From Opitutales bacterium (GTDB lineage: Bacteria > Verrucomicrobiota > Verrucomicrobiia > Opitutales > PNEW01), in assembly GCA_965197745.1 (NCBI GenBank), contig CBDANS010000007.1:1536001-1600000 (forward strand): a DNA stretch of 64,000 bases, written 5' to 3'. A model generated the notes under the pieces. That model did not search any database. It was not told the origin of the DNA and saw only the letters and a program-made list of their open reading frames with translations. Position numbers and translations under genes: made by a program. Below are positions 19,480 through 30,519 of this stretch, in pieces (the stretch's first letter is position 1; each line of letters starts with the position of its first letter).

Positions 19480-19595
19480 ACACTTAATCCTTTTTTGAGG
19501 TTATCGTTTAAAAAATTCAAGAGGCGGAAAATCGCGTATGGATTATGTTCTCATAAGCGGATTGTCAAATTATCCCTTTTGATTTCTTGTGAGAT

Positions 19596-20645
19596 TTATA
19601 GATCTTCGATGTCTGGATGGGATTCCATGATCGATTGCGCGATTGCCATTACACGTGGAATAGAAGCTCTGACTTCATCAGTTCGCAGTCGTAGATCGTC
19701 GGGTGAGGTAATTCCAAGTTCAACAATCAAACTTTCAAATCCGGGGCTAAATCGGTCCAGATGGGTCGAGGTTTTCGTGTGATGAAAGGCTTTCATGCAA
19801 CGGGCATAGGTGGCGGCTATCCAGAAGACGGATTCGCGGTGATTACCCTGATTGATCAATTCCTGCGTGCCATCGATTGAGATAGGGCGTGAAATTCGGC
19901 TGAGGTCAGAGGAGTAGGGGAAGGGCCTCGGTTCTATATCGCACGCCACGTCGAATACCTCGGTGACGCTATCAAAATAAGTCTGCGTTATAACGCGGTT
20001 GAAGTGGCTCGATCCCTGGAGCGTATGGAGGAACTCATAGAAATCGAGGTGCCCATACTCAGACAGCACATCGTGTGCCGCCAGATACCTTTTCCTGATC
20101 GTTGGGTTCTTGAGGGCTGCCGCGAGGACAATATGGGTGGTGATACCGGTCGCCCACAACCAGGCAATCACCCTGTCGAATTCATTGGCGCGCTCACTCA
20201 CTGAATTCACATAATTCAGGCAGTTGGTCCGCGCGTCCTCGATCCGCTTACTCACCCAGCGACGCTGCGGAAATGCCTGTGACACCACGGCTGCCATCTC
20301 ATTCAGTTTGCTTGATGAGCTGGAAATGACATTCGCTTTTCGGAAATTATACCCAAGACGATAGTCGCTTAACACGCGTTCCAAGGGCAGCAGCCTACTA
20401 AACGGCCAGTACGAGACACCGAAAATTACTCCACTGTGCAGAAAATTACCAGGCAATACTTCCGGGGGTATACCTTCAAAAACCAGAGTTAGATCAAGGT
20501 CTGAAGTGATTGGGAATTCAGCGTCATTCTGAGCGCTATTAATGGACCCGCAGAAAAATGCACCCTTGAAACCCGTTAAACTGCTCGCCGTCTCAGATAC
20601 CCACTCTCTTCCTATTGCTCTGACAGCATGAACCTTCATGAGCAA
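19596..20645 (-). CDS. Hypothetical protein, possible nucleotidyltransferase-like N-terminus
   Basis: GAFFCGS...SDLDL resembles the hG[GS]x(n)DxD motif; otherwise unrecognised. Confidence 0.55.
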   Translation of the reverse strand: MLMKVHAVRAIGREWVSETASSLTGFKGAFFCGSINSAQNDAEFPITSDLDLTLVFEGIPPEVLPGNFLHSGVIFGVSYWPFSRLLPLERVLSDYRLGYNFRKANVISSSSSKLNEMAAVVSQAFPQRRWVSKRIEDARTNCLNYVNSVSERANEFDRVIAWLWATGITTHIVLAAALKNPTIRKRYLAAHDVLSEYGHLDFYEFLHTLQGSSHFNRVITQTYFDSVTEVFDVACDIEPRPFPYSSDLSRISRPISIDGTQELINQGNHRESVFWIAATYARCMKAFHHTKTSTHLDRFSPGFESLIVELGITSPDDLRLRTDEVRASIPRVMAIAQSIMESHPDIEDL

Positions 20646-20699
20646 ACCTCCACTTTAAAGGGTTTTAAGCGATATAGCATCTGGTTCATTTTCGCCAGT

Positions 20700-21696
<997 letters not shown>

Positions 21697-21781
21697 TTAT
21701 TTTGCCATAACTGATAAGGGGTGAGCGTAATTGACAAGAAACAATTAGGAATTCAATTTCAACAGCACACTGGAATAATTT

Positions 21782-22585
21782 ATGAACAAGCTGCACTGGA
21801 GTGTCGATTACGCTTATGCTTCTCCGCTGTCCGCAGATAAGTCGCAGGAAAATTTCGAGAGTGAATTTGGACGGATACTGGCTGACGCACTTTCATCTTC
21901 ACCCGCCGATTTTAATGCGGGGACGAAATCACACGGTTATACCTTACTGCCCAATTTCTGGGGGGGCTTCAAGCGCGGTGAGGATCCATTCCTGAATATC
22001 GGCCAGGTCTCTATCAAACGCAGACTTGATGACGGGGTAGGCTGGCGGTACACGATCGAGCATGAGAATACGTGCAGCGGTGAGAAACTAATTCTCAATT
22101 TTACCTGCGACAACAAACAAGCAAGACCGTTAGCCGGTTCATGGCAGATTAAGACAGAGAACAGTGCGGACGGTTCCTATGCTTCTCTATCCCTGACGGG
22201 AGCGTGCAATGAACAGATCGACGGGGATCGTGCTGTAACGATGACGACGGCAAGTGGACTCGCTATAGCTGCGGGAAACATCAGGCACGATGAAACGCTG
22301 ACCTGTAATTGGGCATTGTTCGACATTCTCCCATCGTTGAGCAAAGGTGACAGCCTGGATCGTCTGGCCATCCTCGACGACCTTGAGATCCTCAAAAATG
22401 ACTGTCAGATTCGTCCCCTCGATGATTGGGTTTTGGCGGTCGGCAATGAAAAGCATACATTTTCCGGGTACTGCGTATTCGGCACAGGATTTCCGCCTAC
22501 TTACTGGTGGCTGACCGAAAGCGGGGAGGTGGCCGTAATGTCTACAATGCTGTCTACCTACGTTCTTTGTGAACGAAGCGAATAA
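21782..22585 (+). CDS. Hypothetical protein
   Basis: 267-aa ORF ending 6 bp before the sulfatase; no motif recognised. Confidence 0.6.
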   Translation: MNKLHWSVDYAYASPLSADKSQENFESEFGRILADALSSSPADFNAGTKSHGYTLLPNFWGGFKRGEDPFLNIGQVSIKRRLDDGVGWRYTIEHENTCSGEKLILNFTCDNKQARPLAGSWQIKTENSADGSYASLSLTGACNEQIDGDRAVTMTTASGLAIAAGNIRHDETLTCNWALFDILPSLSKGDSLDRLAILDDLEILKNDCQIRPLDDWVLAVGNEKHTFSGYCVFGTGFPPTYWWLTESGEVAVMSTMLSTYVLCERSE

Positions 22586-22591
22586 TATATT

Positions 22592-24079
22592 ATGGCGGAT
22601 AATCTGAACATCCTTTTTATCAATACCGACCAGCAAACGTGGGATGCCGTCTCTGCTTACGGTAATTCTCACGTTCACACCCCGCATATTGACCGGTTAC
22701 AGAAGAACGGGATATCTTTCATGAATAGCTATTGCGCGGATCCTGTCTGTGCGCCGGCTCGCGCAAGCTGGGTGACAGGACTCTATACGTCTGAAAATGG
22801 GGTTCCCTTTAATGGGGGCAGGATGCACGATGACATCCCGGACCTGGGCCAGATTTTGACACGTAATGGGTATCACGCGGTCCATTGCGGTAAGTGGCAT
22901 GTGGAAGACCGTCTCATGCGGGAAAGTTTTCACAATCTTTATACCGGAAAGCGTGATATTGGTGCCTGTGGTGGCGAGTATTATGACCGGGTCTCCACCC
23001 ATGCGGTGATTGATTTTCTGGATCGCTATGATCAACCGTTGCCGTTCTACCTCCAGGTAGGGCTGGTGAACCCACATGACATCTGTGAATACCAGCATAA
23101 CCATGAACACAAGACGATACCCGGACCAATCGAACAGGGTCTGTTTGCAATCGAGGAGCTCCCCCCATTACCTGGGAATTTCGAATACGATGAACGGGAA
23201 ATCCTCCTGCAGCGGATGCTGCATCGGGACGAGCAAGCTGCCATTCACGCCCCGATCCTTAAAGGCATTCGCGATTGGACGGAGTCCCAATGGCGGTACA
23301 TGTCCTGGAACCACTACCGTTTTGTTGAAGCCGCGGACCAGCAGATAGGGCTTATCCTGAATGCCCTCGAAAACAGCCGCTTCCATAACAATACCTTAAT
23401 CATTTTTGCCGTTGATCACGGTGAGGCCAGCGGCTGCCACCGTTTATTCCAGAAATTCAGCCTCTACGAAGAAAGTATCCGTGTCCCGTTTATCATCTCC
23501 GACCTCAGTGACCAGCTCGATATACCAAAAAACGTGTTAGACACCGAACACTTTGTCTCCGGTGTCGACCTCGTGCCAACCGTCCTCGACTACGCCGGCA
23601 TTGAAGTGCCCGATGGCGTGCAGGGACTGAGCCTGAACCCGGTTGTTGAGATGACGCACCGAAATGTCACGTCGGAAGTCAAAGCAGATGAAAGTGATAA
23701 AACGACGGCAGAGCATAAAATTCCGTGGAGAGATTTTGCTTATGTGGAATCCAACTTCTGGGGGCGGGCAATAATCACGGAGCGTTTCAAATATATTATG
23801 GAGTATCGTCCAAAGGAGGAGGAAGATTTCGTTCCACCCGGTCCGGAAGTAGATTCCGTTGGATTGGAACAGCTCTTCGATCTGATTGACGATCCGTTAG
23901 AGACCAATAACCTTGCCGGTGATTCGCGCTATAACGATACAATTGCGGACTGTCGTGAAAAACTGTTTAGTTTCGAAAAGAAACTTCGGCGTCGACCCTT
24001 GCGTGACGGAAGACCGCGCGATTATCTCCGAAAGTTGTCCGAACAGCTTCTTGAACGCTGGGCCATGATTGACGGGTAG
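22592..24079 (+). CDS. Formylglycine-dependent sulfatase
   Basis: NILFINTDQ, CAPAR (CxPxR), GKWH, DHG, YEESIRVPFI, LFDLxxDPxExxNLA. Confidence 0.95.
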   Translation: MADNLNILFINTDQQTWDAVSAYGNSHVHTPHIDRLQKNGISFMNSYCADPVCAPARASWVTGLYTSENGVPFNGGRMHDDIPDLGQILTRNGYHAVHCGKWHVEDRLMRESFHNLYTGKRDIGACGGEYYDRVSTHAVIDFLDRYDQPLPFYLQVGLVNPHDICEYQHNHEHKTIPGPIEQGLFAIEELPPLPGNFEYDEREILLQRMLHRDEQAAIHAPILKGIRDWTESQWRYMSWNHYRFVEAADQQIGLILNALENSRFHNNTLIIFAVDHGEASGCHRLFQKFSLYEESIRVPFIISDLSDQLDIPKNVLDTEHFVSGVDLVPTVLDYAGIEVPDGVQGLSLNPVVEMTHRNVTSEVKADESDKTTAEHKIPWRDFAYVESNFWGRAIITERFKYIMEYRPKEEEDFVPPGPEVDSVGLEQLFDLIDDPLETNNLAGDSRYNDTIADCREKLFSFEKKLRRRPLRDGRPRDYLRKLSEQLLERWAMIDG

Positions 24080-24103
24080 GAAAAAGGTAAAGTAGAATTC
24101 TCA

Positions 24104-25729
24104 ATGACTATCACAAATAAACAGCAGATTGGATGGAAGGGGACCAGCACTACTGGTGTCGTTGCCGCAGGTGGCGCGGAGGCCGTCGCGTCAGGAATCA
24201 GGATACTGGATGATGGCGGAAACGCTGCAGATGCTGCCGTTGCCACTATCTTTGCTCTCAATGTCACCGATCACGGCGCATGCTCTATTGGCGGGGAGGT
24301 TCCCATTCTCATTTATGACGCGCAGCACAAGGAGGTGAAGGCGCTCAGTGGTCAAGGGCGCGCGCCATTATCCCAGGAAGCTGTTGATTGGTACATGAAG
24401 CATGGAATCCCTGGAGGAGGAGACATCAAGATGGCCCCTGTTCCCTCCGTTGTAGACTCGTGCATTACCACGCTCCAGCAGTATGGCACACGCACTTTGA
24501 AAGATATCGTGGCGCCCACACTTGCACTCCTTGATGCAGGAAAGGAATCCTGGCACCCAAAGCTCGCGATCACCTTTCGCAGAATGGTTGAAGAGGAACA
24601 AATTGCTTCCGGGGGCCGTGAGGAGAAACTCCAGGCGGCTGGTGACCGTTTCTACGGACGAAGCAAGTATCGAAATGACATCGCGGATGATCTGGAAGCT
24701 TATTACATCGAAATGGGCGGATTCCTCCGTAAAACGGATCTTTCTGCACACGCAACCATGATTGAAGATCCGGTAACAGTCGATTACCGAGGTTATACAA
24801 TTTGTAAGTGCGGTCCCTGGACTCAAGGCCCCTTTCTCTGCCAGGCTTTGAGATTGCTGGAGGGCTTTGACTTGAGAGCCATGGGCCATCTATCGACTGA
24901 CTACATACATGTCGTTACCGAAGCCCTCAAGCTGGCCATGGCGGACCGCGATGAGTACTACGGCGATCCAGAATTTGTTGACGTTCCCTTGCAAGCTTTG
25001 CTTTCAGATGCCTACACTGAAATCCGCAGCCCGTTGATCGAGATGGAAAGGGCATCCCTGGAAGCGCGTCCGGGCGATCCCCATGAGATGAAACCGTTCA
25101 AAGATGGGGGTGTTTTTCGACCCGGGTTTGGTGGAACAACGACCTGTGTCGTGGCGGACCGCTGGGGTAATGTGGTATCAGCCACTCCCAGTGCCAATGT
25201 CCCCATAGAGCCGCGAGATGGTGGCAAAGCCGGCGTAACCTTTGGCAATCGCCTGCGCAGTCTTAACACGACACCGGGACATCCGAACTGCATTCAACCG
25301 GGAAAACGTCCCCGTAGCACGCTTACCCCTACACTGGTTCTTAAAGATGGCAAACCGATCATGGCGATCAGTGTCGCTGGAGGCGACCTGCAGGACCAGG
25401 CGACATTGAATCTCCTTCTCGATGTAATCGAGTTTGAGATGCTCCCTGAAGCAAGCGTAACCGCGCCACGCTTCGCCACCGCACATCACCAGGACTCTTT
25501 CGACCCCCATCACAACCGCGCAGAAACCTTTATCGAGCCGGGGTCGTTAACGATCAGCGATCGGGTGAGTGACTCTGTTCAGGAAGATCTTACCCGGCGC
25601 GGACACAAGAGCGAGGTAACGGCATCCCCGATTGCTACTCCCGTCATGCTCACTATCGATCAGGATAGTGGAGTGTTCTATGCTGCCGGCGATCCTGAAA
25701 CCCAACGCCACGCAGCAGGATTAGAATGA
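24104..25729 (+). CDS. Gamma-glutamyltransferase family (Ntn-hydrolase)
   Basis: GGNAADAAVA, EALKLAMADR, GTTTCVVADRWGN nucleophile region, PGKRPRSTLTP. Confidence 0.9.
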   Translation: MTITNKQQIGWKGTSTTGVVAAGGAEAVASGIRILDDGGNAADAAVATIFALNVTDHGACSIGGEVPILIYDAQHKEVKALSGQGRAPLSQEAVDWYMKHGIPGGGDIKMAPVPSVVDSCITTLQQYGTRTLKDIVAPTLALLDAGKESWHPKLAITFRRMVEEEQIASGGREEKLQAAGDRFYGRSKYRNDIADDLEAYYIEMGGFLRKTDLSAHATMIEDPVTVDYRGYTICKCGPWTQGPFLCQALRLLEGFDLRAMGHLSTDYIHVVTEALKLAMADRDEYYGDPEFVDVPLQALLSDAYTEIRSPLIEMERASLEARPGDPHEMKPFKDGGVFRPGFGGTTTCVVADRWGNVVSATPSANVPIEPRDGGKAGVTFGNRLRSLNTTPGHPNCIQPGKRPRSTLTPTLVLKDGKPIMAISVAGGDLQDQATLNLLLDVIEFEMLPEASVTAPRFATAHHQDSFDPHHNRAETFIEPGSLTISDRVSDSVQEDLTRRGHKSEVTASPIATPVMLTIDQDSGVFYAAGDPETQRHAAGLE

Positions 25730-25778
25730 AAAAAGGGGTCAGGCTGTTTTAACGTCTTCGACTTTTTGACCTTTTGAC

Positions 25779-26669
25779 TCAATCCATTTGGCGTTGGGTA
25801 TACTGCCTTCCCTTCTTTGCCACCTCTTCATTCTGTCCCGAAATAATTCTAGCCCCTGAATCTATCGTTTTATCAATATTATCGGTGCTTCCCCCACCAA
25901 TGAAGACGATGCCATTTTCCTTACACGCGGTATTAACTCTTCTCCTTGCTTCAATAATCCTCTTGTCCTGATCAACCCCAGCACCGCTCCTGGCATCTCT
26001 TACTATACCCATCGACATCGACATGTCTCCCGGACCCATTTCAGCAAAGCCGATTCCTGGCACCCTTAATACCGCTTCACAATTTTCCAAACCTCTTACC
26101 GATTCAATCTTCAATCCTAATAAAAGTTCTCCTTCAGGATTAAGCGGCCAGGGATCGGCAAGATTTATATAATCATGAGAGTCGGTTCCCCATACCGTTG
26201 AGGCCGTGCCTTCAGAACCCACTCCCCGGGTGCCTTTGCCCAATCCTTCCCCAACACCGAGCGCATTTCTAGGATACCGGCAGGATTCCACAAATGCTCT
26301 CACCGCATCAGGGCTCTCGGTCTGGCATAATAATATTCCATGCACACCCCTGGCTAGGATCTGCCTGATCTGCCAGGCATTAAACCGGATAATATCTTCA
26401 CTAGCACCTTCAACAGGTAATTCAACGATAAGCGCGGGTGTTTTGTGTCCGGATTTCGTGGGACCTCCATCAATTAATCCTTTGATATAGTTATCAAGGC
26501 CCGTCATGTCAAAACAACCATGCTCCATACCGATATTGATGTAATCGGCCCATGTCTGAGCATCCTTTTTTCCCTCCTCATAAGTCAAAACATGACCTGA
26601 ATGGGCGCCAATATAATAAACTGGCTGATCTTCGCTTAATAATTCTACTGCTTTATTGATTCGTGGCAT
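25779..26669 (-). CDS. HpcH/HpaI aldolase family protein
   Basis: MEHG, ILARGVHGIL, LGLKIES, PGIGFAEMGPGDM. Confidence 0.8.
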   Translation of the reverse strand: MPRINKAVELLSEDQPVYYIGAHSGHVLTYEEGKKDAQTWADYINIGMEHGCFDMTGLDNYIKGLIDGGPTKSGHKTPALIVELPVEGASEDIIRFNAWQIRQILARGVHGILLCQTESPDAVRAFVESCRYPRNALGVGEGLGKGTRGVGSEGTASTVWGTDSHDYINLADPWPLNPEGELLLGLKIESVRGLENCEAVLRVPGIGFAEMGPGDMSMSMGIVRDARSGAGVDQDKRIIEARRRVNTACKENGIVFIGGGSTDNIDKTIDSGARIISGQNEEVAKKGRQYTQRQMD

Positions 26670-26820
26670 TTTTAGTTTTTATGGAATTTAAATATCTACT
26701 GTTATAGGATATGAATACAACGCAAAAAAATAAAACCTTGCTCCAGCTGCCAACACACTAAAATCACTGTTAATTAAATAGGGCATTGACTTACATTTGT
26801 AATAATAGGATATTTACTTG

Positions 26821-26928
26821 TGCTTGCTGGAAGCATCCATGTCCGCGGAAAAGACTGAGTCTGACAGTATGATGATCAACAGTTGAGTGAAATTATAACC
26901 TTCTGCTTGGATCAGCGGACATCAGGCA
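26821..26928 (+). ncRNA. Candidate structured 5' leader RNA of the ankyrin gene
   Basis: Closing stem ATGTCCGC (26839-26846)/GCGGACAT (26915-26922), extended by TGCTTG/CAGGCA; lies between a TTGACT-17-GATATT promoter-like site and the RBS. Confidence 0.45.
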
Positions 26929-26945
26929 AAAACATATAGGAGGTT

Positions 26946-28250
26946 GTGATGAACAAACACAATCAACAGTTGCCTCCATCAAATCCTGATTTGAAACAAC
27001 TTAAAAATCGGGCTAAAGATCTAAAAAAGATCTTTGAAAATAGCGGTCCATCCGCAATCGAACGTATTCAGAATTTTCATCCGGAGTTTCTGAATGCTTC
27101 TGATGATAAAATCCAAAACGCAAAACTTGCGCTCAGTGATTTTCAGCTAATCATTGCGCGTGAGTATTCTTTTCCAAGCTGGCCAAAGCTCAAGCGTTTT
27201 GTTGAAACGGCGTCAGACCATACCGTTACCGAGTCAGCTAATCAGTTGAGATTAGCAATAATTGATGACGACGTCACCTCAGTTAAAAAATTAATCAAAA
27301 AGGAACCGGATTTAATAAATGAGCATGTATTAAGGCAGCAATGGGATTATAAAAATCAGCGGCCCCTTACTTATGCCAGTCAGATTGGTCGGGTAGAAAT
27401 TGTTAAAGTATTGTTGGATGCTGGAGCAGACCCAGGAGCGGATGGACACCTTGCTGTGGCTAGAGCAACCATTTCAGATAATAATCTGCCAGTAACACAA
27501 TTGTTTATCGAACATGGAGTAGATCCTAATGTGATGGTTCACGGTTGGGGTGCTTGGTTGTTATATCCCTGTGAAAGTTTGTCACCTGAATCTTTAGAAT
27601 ATTTACTAAAATCTGGCGCTGACCCGAATTTGATTTATGAAGATGGCAGATGCCGGGAAACACCAATGGAAATGGTGTTGGGGACTTATATGAGATCTGA
27701 AAATCGTCATAAATGTATTAATGCTTTAATCGGTGCCGGTGTCCATTTTGATGACGGTCCGGTTATGGACATTCATCGAAGGCATCTCGATCAGCTTGAA
27801 GACAGGCTTAGAACCAAACCATCTTTGATAAGTGAATGCTTTGATAATGTTGACCATGGTGGTACAGCTGGACGAGGTATGACTGAAAAGGGTGGTACGC
27901 TTTTACATATTGCTGCGGAATGGTGTGAAACTGAATCCGTAGAGTTGCTCTTAAAGTACGGTGCAGAGGTTAATGCAAAAGCAAAAGTAAATGAGCAGAA
28001 TGTCGGAGGGCAGACTCCAATATTTCACTCGGTAAGTCAGAATAAATGGAAAGGTGAAGGTTATGTCATTACAAAGCTTTTGCTTGAGGCTGGTGCTGAT
28101 ATTTCAATAAAGGCAAATATACAGGGAGAATTTGATAAGAAGAATAACGTGGCGATATATGATCCTCTCGAATATGCCGAAGCCTTCCCGGCTCAAGAAA
28201 AATTCCGCGATGAAAGAATCGTTGATCTATTAGTGAAACATAAAAAATAG
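26946..28250 (+). CDS. Ankyrin-repeat protein with N-terminal LPxxPDLxQLKxxAK...AREYxFxSW domain
   Basis: Ankyrin motifs (PLTYAS...VKVLLDAGAD, TLLHIAAE...LLLKYGAEVN, GQTPIF); AGGAGG RBS. Confidence 0.88.
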   Translation: MMNKHNQQLPPSNPDLKQLKNRAKDLKKIFENSGPSAIERIQNFHPEFLNASDDKIQNAKLALSDFQLIIAREYSFPSWPKLKRFVETASDHTVTESANQLRLAIIDDDVTSVKKLIKKEPDLINEHVLRQQWDYKNQRPLTYASQIGRVEIVKVLLDAGADPGADGHLAVARATISDNNLPVTQLFIEHGVDPNVMVHGWGAWLLYPCESLSPESLEYLLKSGADPNLIYEDGRCRETPMEMVLGTYMRSENRHKCINALIGAGVHFDDGPVMDIHRRHLDQLEDRLRTKPSLISECFDNVDHGGTAGRGMTEKGGTLLHIAAEWCETESVELLLKYGAEVNAKAKVNEQNVGGQTPIFHSVSQNKWKGEGYVITKLLLEAGADISIKANIQGEFDKKNNVAIYDPLEYAEAFPAQEKFRDERIVDLLVKHKK

Positions 28251-28307
28251 GGTGGAACTGTTATGGGGGTGCCTGACCCATTTCCCATTTTCATTGAAAT
28301 GTTTTAA

Positions 28308-28415
28308 TTGTCATCGCGAGGCTGCTTGTCGGCCGTGGCGATCCAGTGGAATTTCGATCAACTATTGACAGCCCCCTGGACTGCCGCAGTCGGCACACCT
28401 CCTTCGCAATGACAA
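28308..28415. repeat. Gene-less REP pair of the GIY-YIG-cassette family (family A), 108 bp
   Basis: TTGTCATCGCGAGG...GCGATCCAG-spacer-CTGGACTGC...CGCAATGACAA. Confidence 0.8.
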
Positions 28416-28462
28416 AAGAAAAATGACTTTTGACTTTCAGCTACAGACAACCTGGAGTTGAC

Positions 28463-29251
28463 ATGACCCGTATGGGTATACCCACATATACAGCTATGAA
28501 AAAAGATATTCACCCCATCCCCGACGACCTGATCGTTCTTGTATTCGATGATGCTGTAAAATCTCACGTTACTTTTGTCGCGCCGCTGCTCAAACGCTAC
28601 GGCTTTAATGCCACTTTTTATGTTACCGAGGGCTTGGGCTTTCTGAAAAATAAAGAACGCTATATGACTTGGGAAGAGATTCGCGAGCTGCATGAAGCGG
28701 GTTTTGAAATCGGCAACCATACTCGCCAGCACAAAGCGGTGAGTAAACAGTCACGTGAGGAATTGATCGCTGATATCGAGCAGATTGATAGCCGATGCGA
28801 GGAATATGGCATTCCCGTTCCTGAAACATTTTGTTATCCTGGGGGACACCATTGCCCGGAGGCGGTAGCGGTTCTCGAAGAGAGACAATTCCTTTTCGCA
28901 AAACGAAGTTTTGAGATGGAACCCTCTTGGTCAGATGATGATGAGGGAAAAGGGGGGCTGGGCCCTGCCTATGATCCCACCCTTCACCCTCCCTTACTCA
29001 TCCCAACGACCGGAATGTCAGGACCCAACTGGCCATTTGAAGATTTTGTCCGTGCGGTAGAGCTGGCCAGGGAGGGGAAAATCACTGTTTTTACTTTCCA
29101 TGGCGTGCCGGATCTGGATCACCACTTTGTAAACACCGATCCCGATAAATTTAAAACTTACATGGAATACTTGTACGAACATAACTGTACCGTTATTGCC
29201 GTCCGCGATTTGACTCAATACGTTGACCCTTCGGCTGCTAATAGAGATTAG
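28463..29251 (+). CDS. Polysaccharide deacetylase family protein
   Basis: LVFDD, ATFYV, MTWEEIRELHEAGFEIGNHT, FCYPGG, FHG; start chosen at the ATG after GGAG. Confidence 0.88.
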   Translation: MTRMGIPTYTAMKKDIHPIPDDLIVLVFDDAVKSHVTFVAPLLKRYGFNATFYVTEGLGFLKNKERYMTWEEIRELHEAGFEIGNHTRQHKAVSKQSREELIADIEQIDSRCEEYGIPVPETFCYPGGHHCPEAVAVLEERQFLFAKRSFEMEPSWSDDDEGKGGLGPAYDPTLHPPLLIPTTGMSGPNWPFEDFVRAVELAREGKITVFTFHGVPDLDHHFVNTDPDKFKTYMEYLYEHNCTVIAVRDLTQYVDPSAANRD

Positions 29252-29469
29252 GTTTCAGGTGTCGGGGTTCAGGGTGGAAGATGTCGGGCTACGCCCTCGG
29301 TACAGGATGCACATAACGACGCCGATTATATAATGGAAAAGATTGAATGCCAATAAAGTTGAGAAAAGTATTATCTGTCAGGATCCATCCGCATATACGC
29401 ATTTACACTTATTCACTTTCTCGCATTTCCCTTTTGACTTTTTGATCTTTTGACTTTTTGACTCAACAA

Positions 29470-30285
29470 ATGACTGAAGAACAAAAGTTCTTTTTTGATC
29501 TCCGGGGGTGGATTCTTTTACCTGCCGTGTTATCGTCAGCCGAGATTGATGGGATGAAGAAAGAGGTGTATGATGGCGCTAAGAATGGTTATGAAGGATT
29601 ACTTCAGAAGTTGCTCGACCATCCGGCCGTCGTGGGTATTCTGACCGAGCTTCTTGCGGAGCCCTCTTTTGTTTCGAACGATTACTATAGCTTCCGATGT
29701 GAGAATTCGTTTGTCTTGAACCGCCCTCCCGGATGGAGAATAAGCGATAAAGCTAATTCTGGTGGTACCGGTATGCCTCATGTTGTGCGTCCTCCACAAC
29801 AGGCGAACGCCATGCGGTACCAGGTACAAGGGGATAAAATTTTTGCAGGGTTGACCCGCGTAGTCTGGGAGCTTGAAGAGGTGAAAGCGGGACAAGGGGG
29901 AACCACCTTCCTCAGCGGATCACACAAAGCTCATTTCAACTATGGTGGACCCGACCCGTATAGACCCAATGTCAGTGAGTCGCCCTGGGAAGAAAGCATT
30001 CGTGAGACCATGGAGGATTACAGTTGTCCTGCCGGATCTGCCATCGTATTCACGGAAAGCCTGATCCATGCCGCCAATGATTGGACCAATCCCAATAACT
30101 CGCGCTGCGCGGTATTCAATTGTTACAACTCTCTCTGGGCTCAATGGCACCTGCTCAATCTGGACCATAAGATTATCGAAAACATGCCCGTAAAACGACG
30201 GTCCCTCTTTCGAGGCACCTGGGAACTGGGAGAATTAAATGGCAGTCGCAATCACGGATATGCGGCAAATAATAGATCGCTGTGA
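29470..30285 (+). CDS. PhyH-like dioxygenase (divergent)
   Basis: MTEEQKFFFDLRGW, GGTTFLSGSHK, FTESLIHA; paralog at 63778. Confidence 0.75.
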   Translation: MTEEQKFFFDLRGWILLPAVLSSAEIDGMKKEVYDGAKNGYEGLLQKLLDHPAVVGILTELLAEPSFVSNDYYSFRCENSFVLNRPPGWRISDKANSGGTGMPHVVRPPQQANAMRYQVQGDKIFAGLTRVVWELEEVKAGQGGTTFLSGSHKAHFNYGGPDPYRPNVSESPWEESIRETMEDYSCPAGSAIVFTESLIHAANDWTNPNNSRCAVFNCYNSLWAQWHLLNLDHKIIENMPVKRRSLFRGTWELGELNGSRNHGYAANNRSL

Positions 30286-30519
30286 TGGGAGCGTTGAAGC
30301 GCGAAGCGCATCAGCGCGTGTTAAGTTTTAAAGTGTTAGGTTTTAGGAAAGAGGATACAAGGTTCGGGAAAACATAGTTGCTACCATTAGGATCAATCGA
30401 CAATCGAAAACCCCTACGAAATTTACAGACTGAAATAAAATGTAATCGCCATCACAGTTATTCGGTAAATAATATCAGCTCTCCTTCGATTCCCGTAACA
30501 CTAACAAACAGGACAGATA

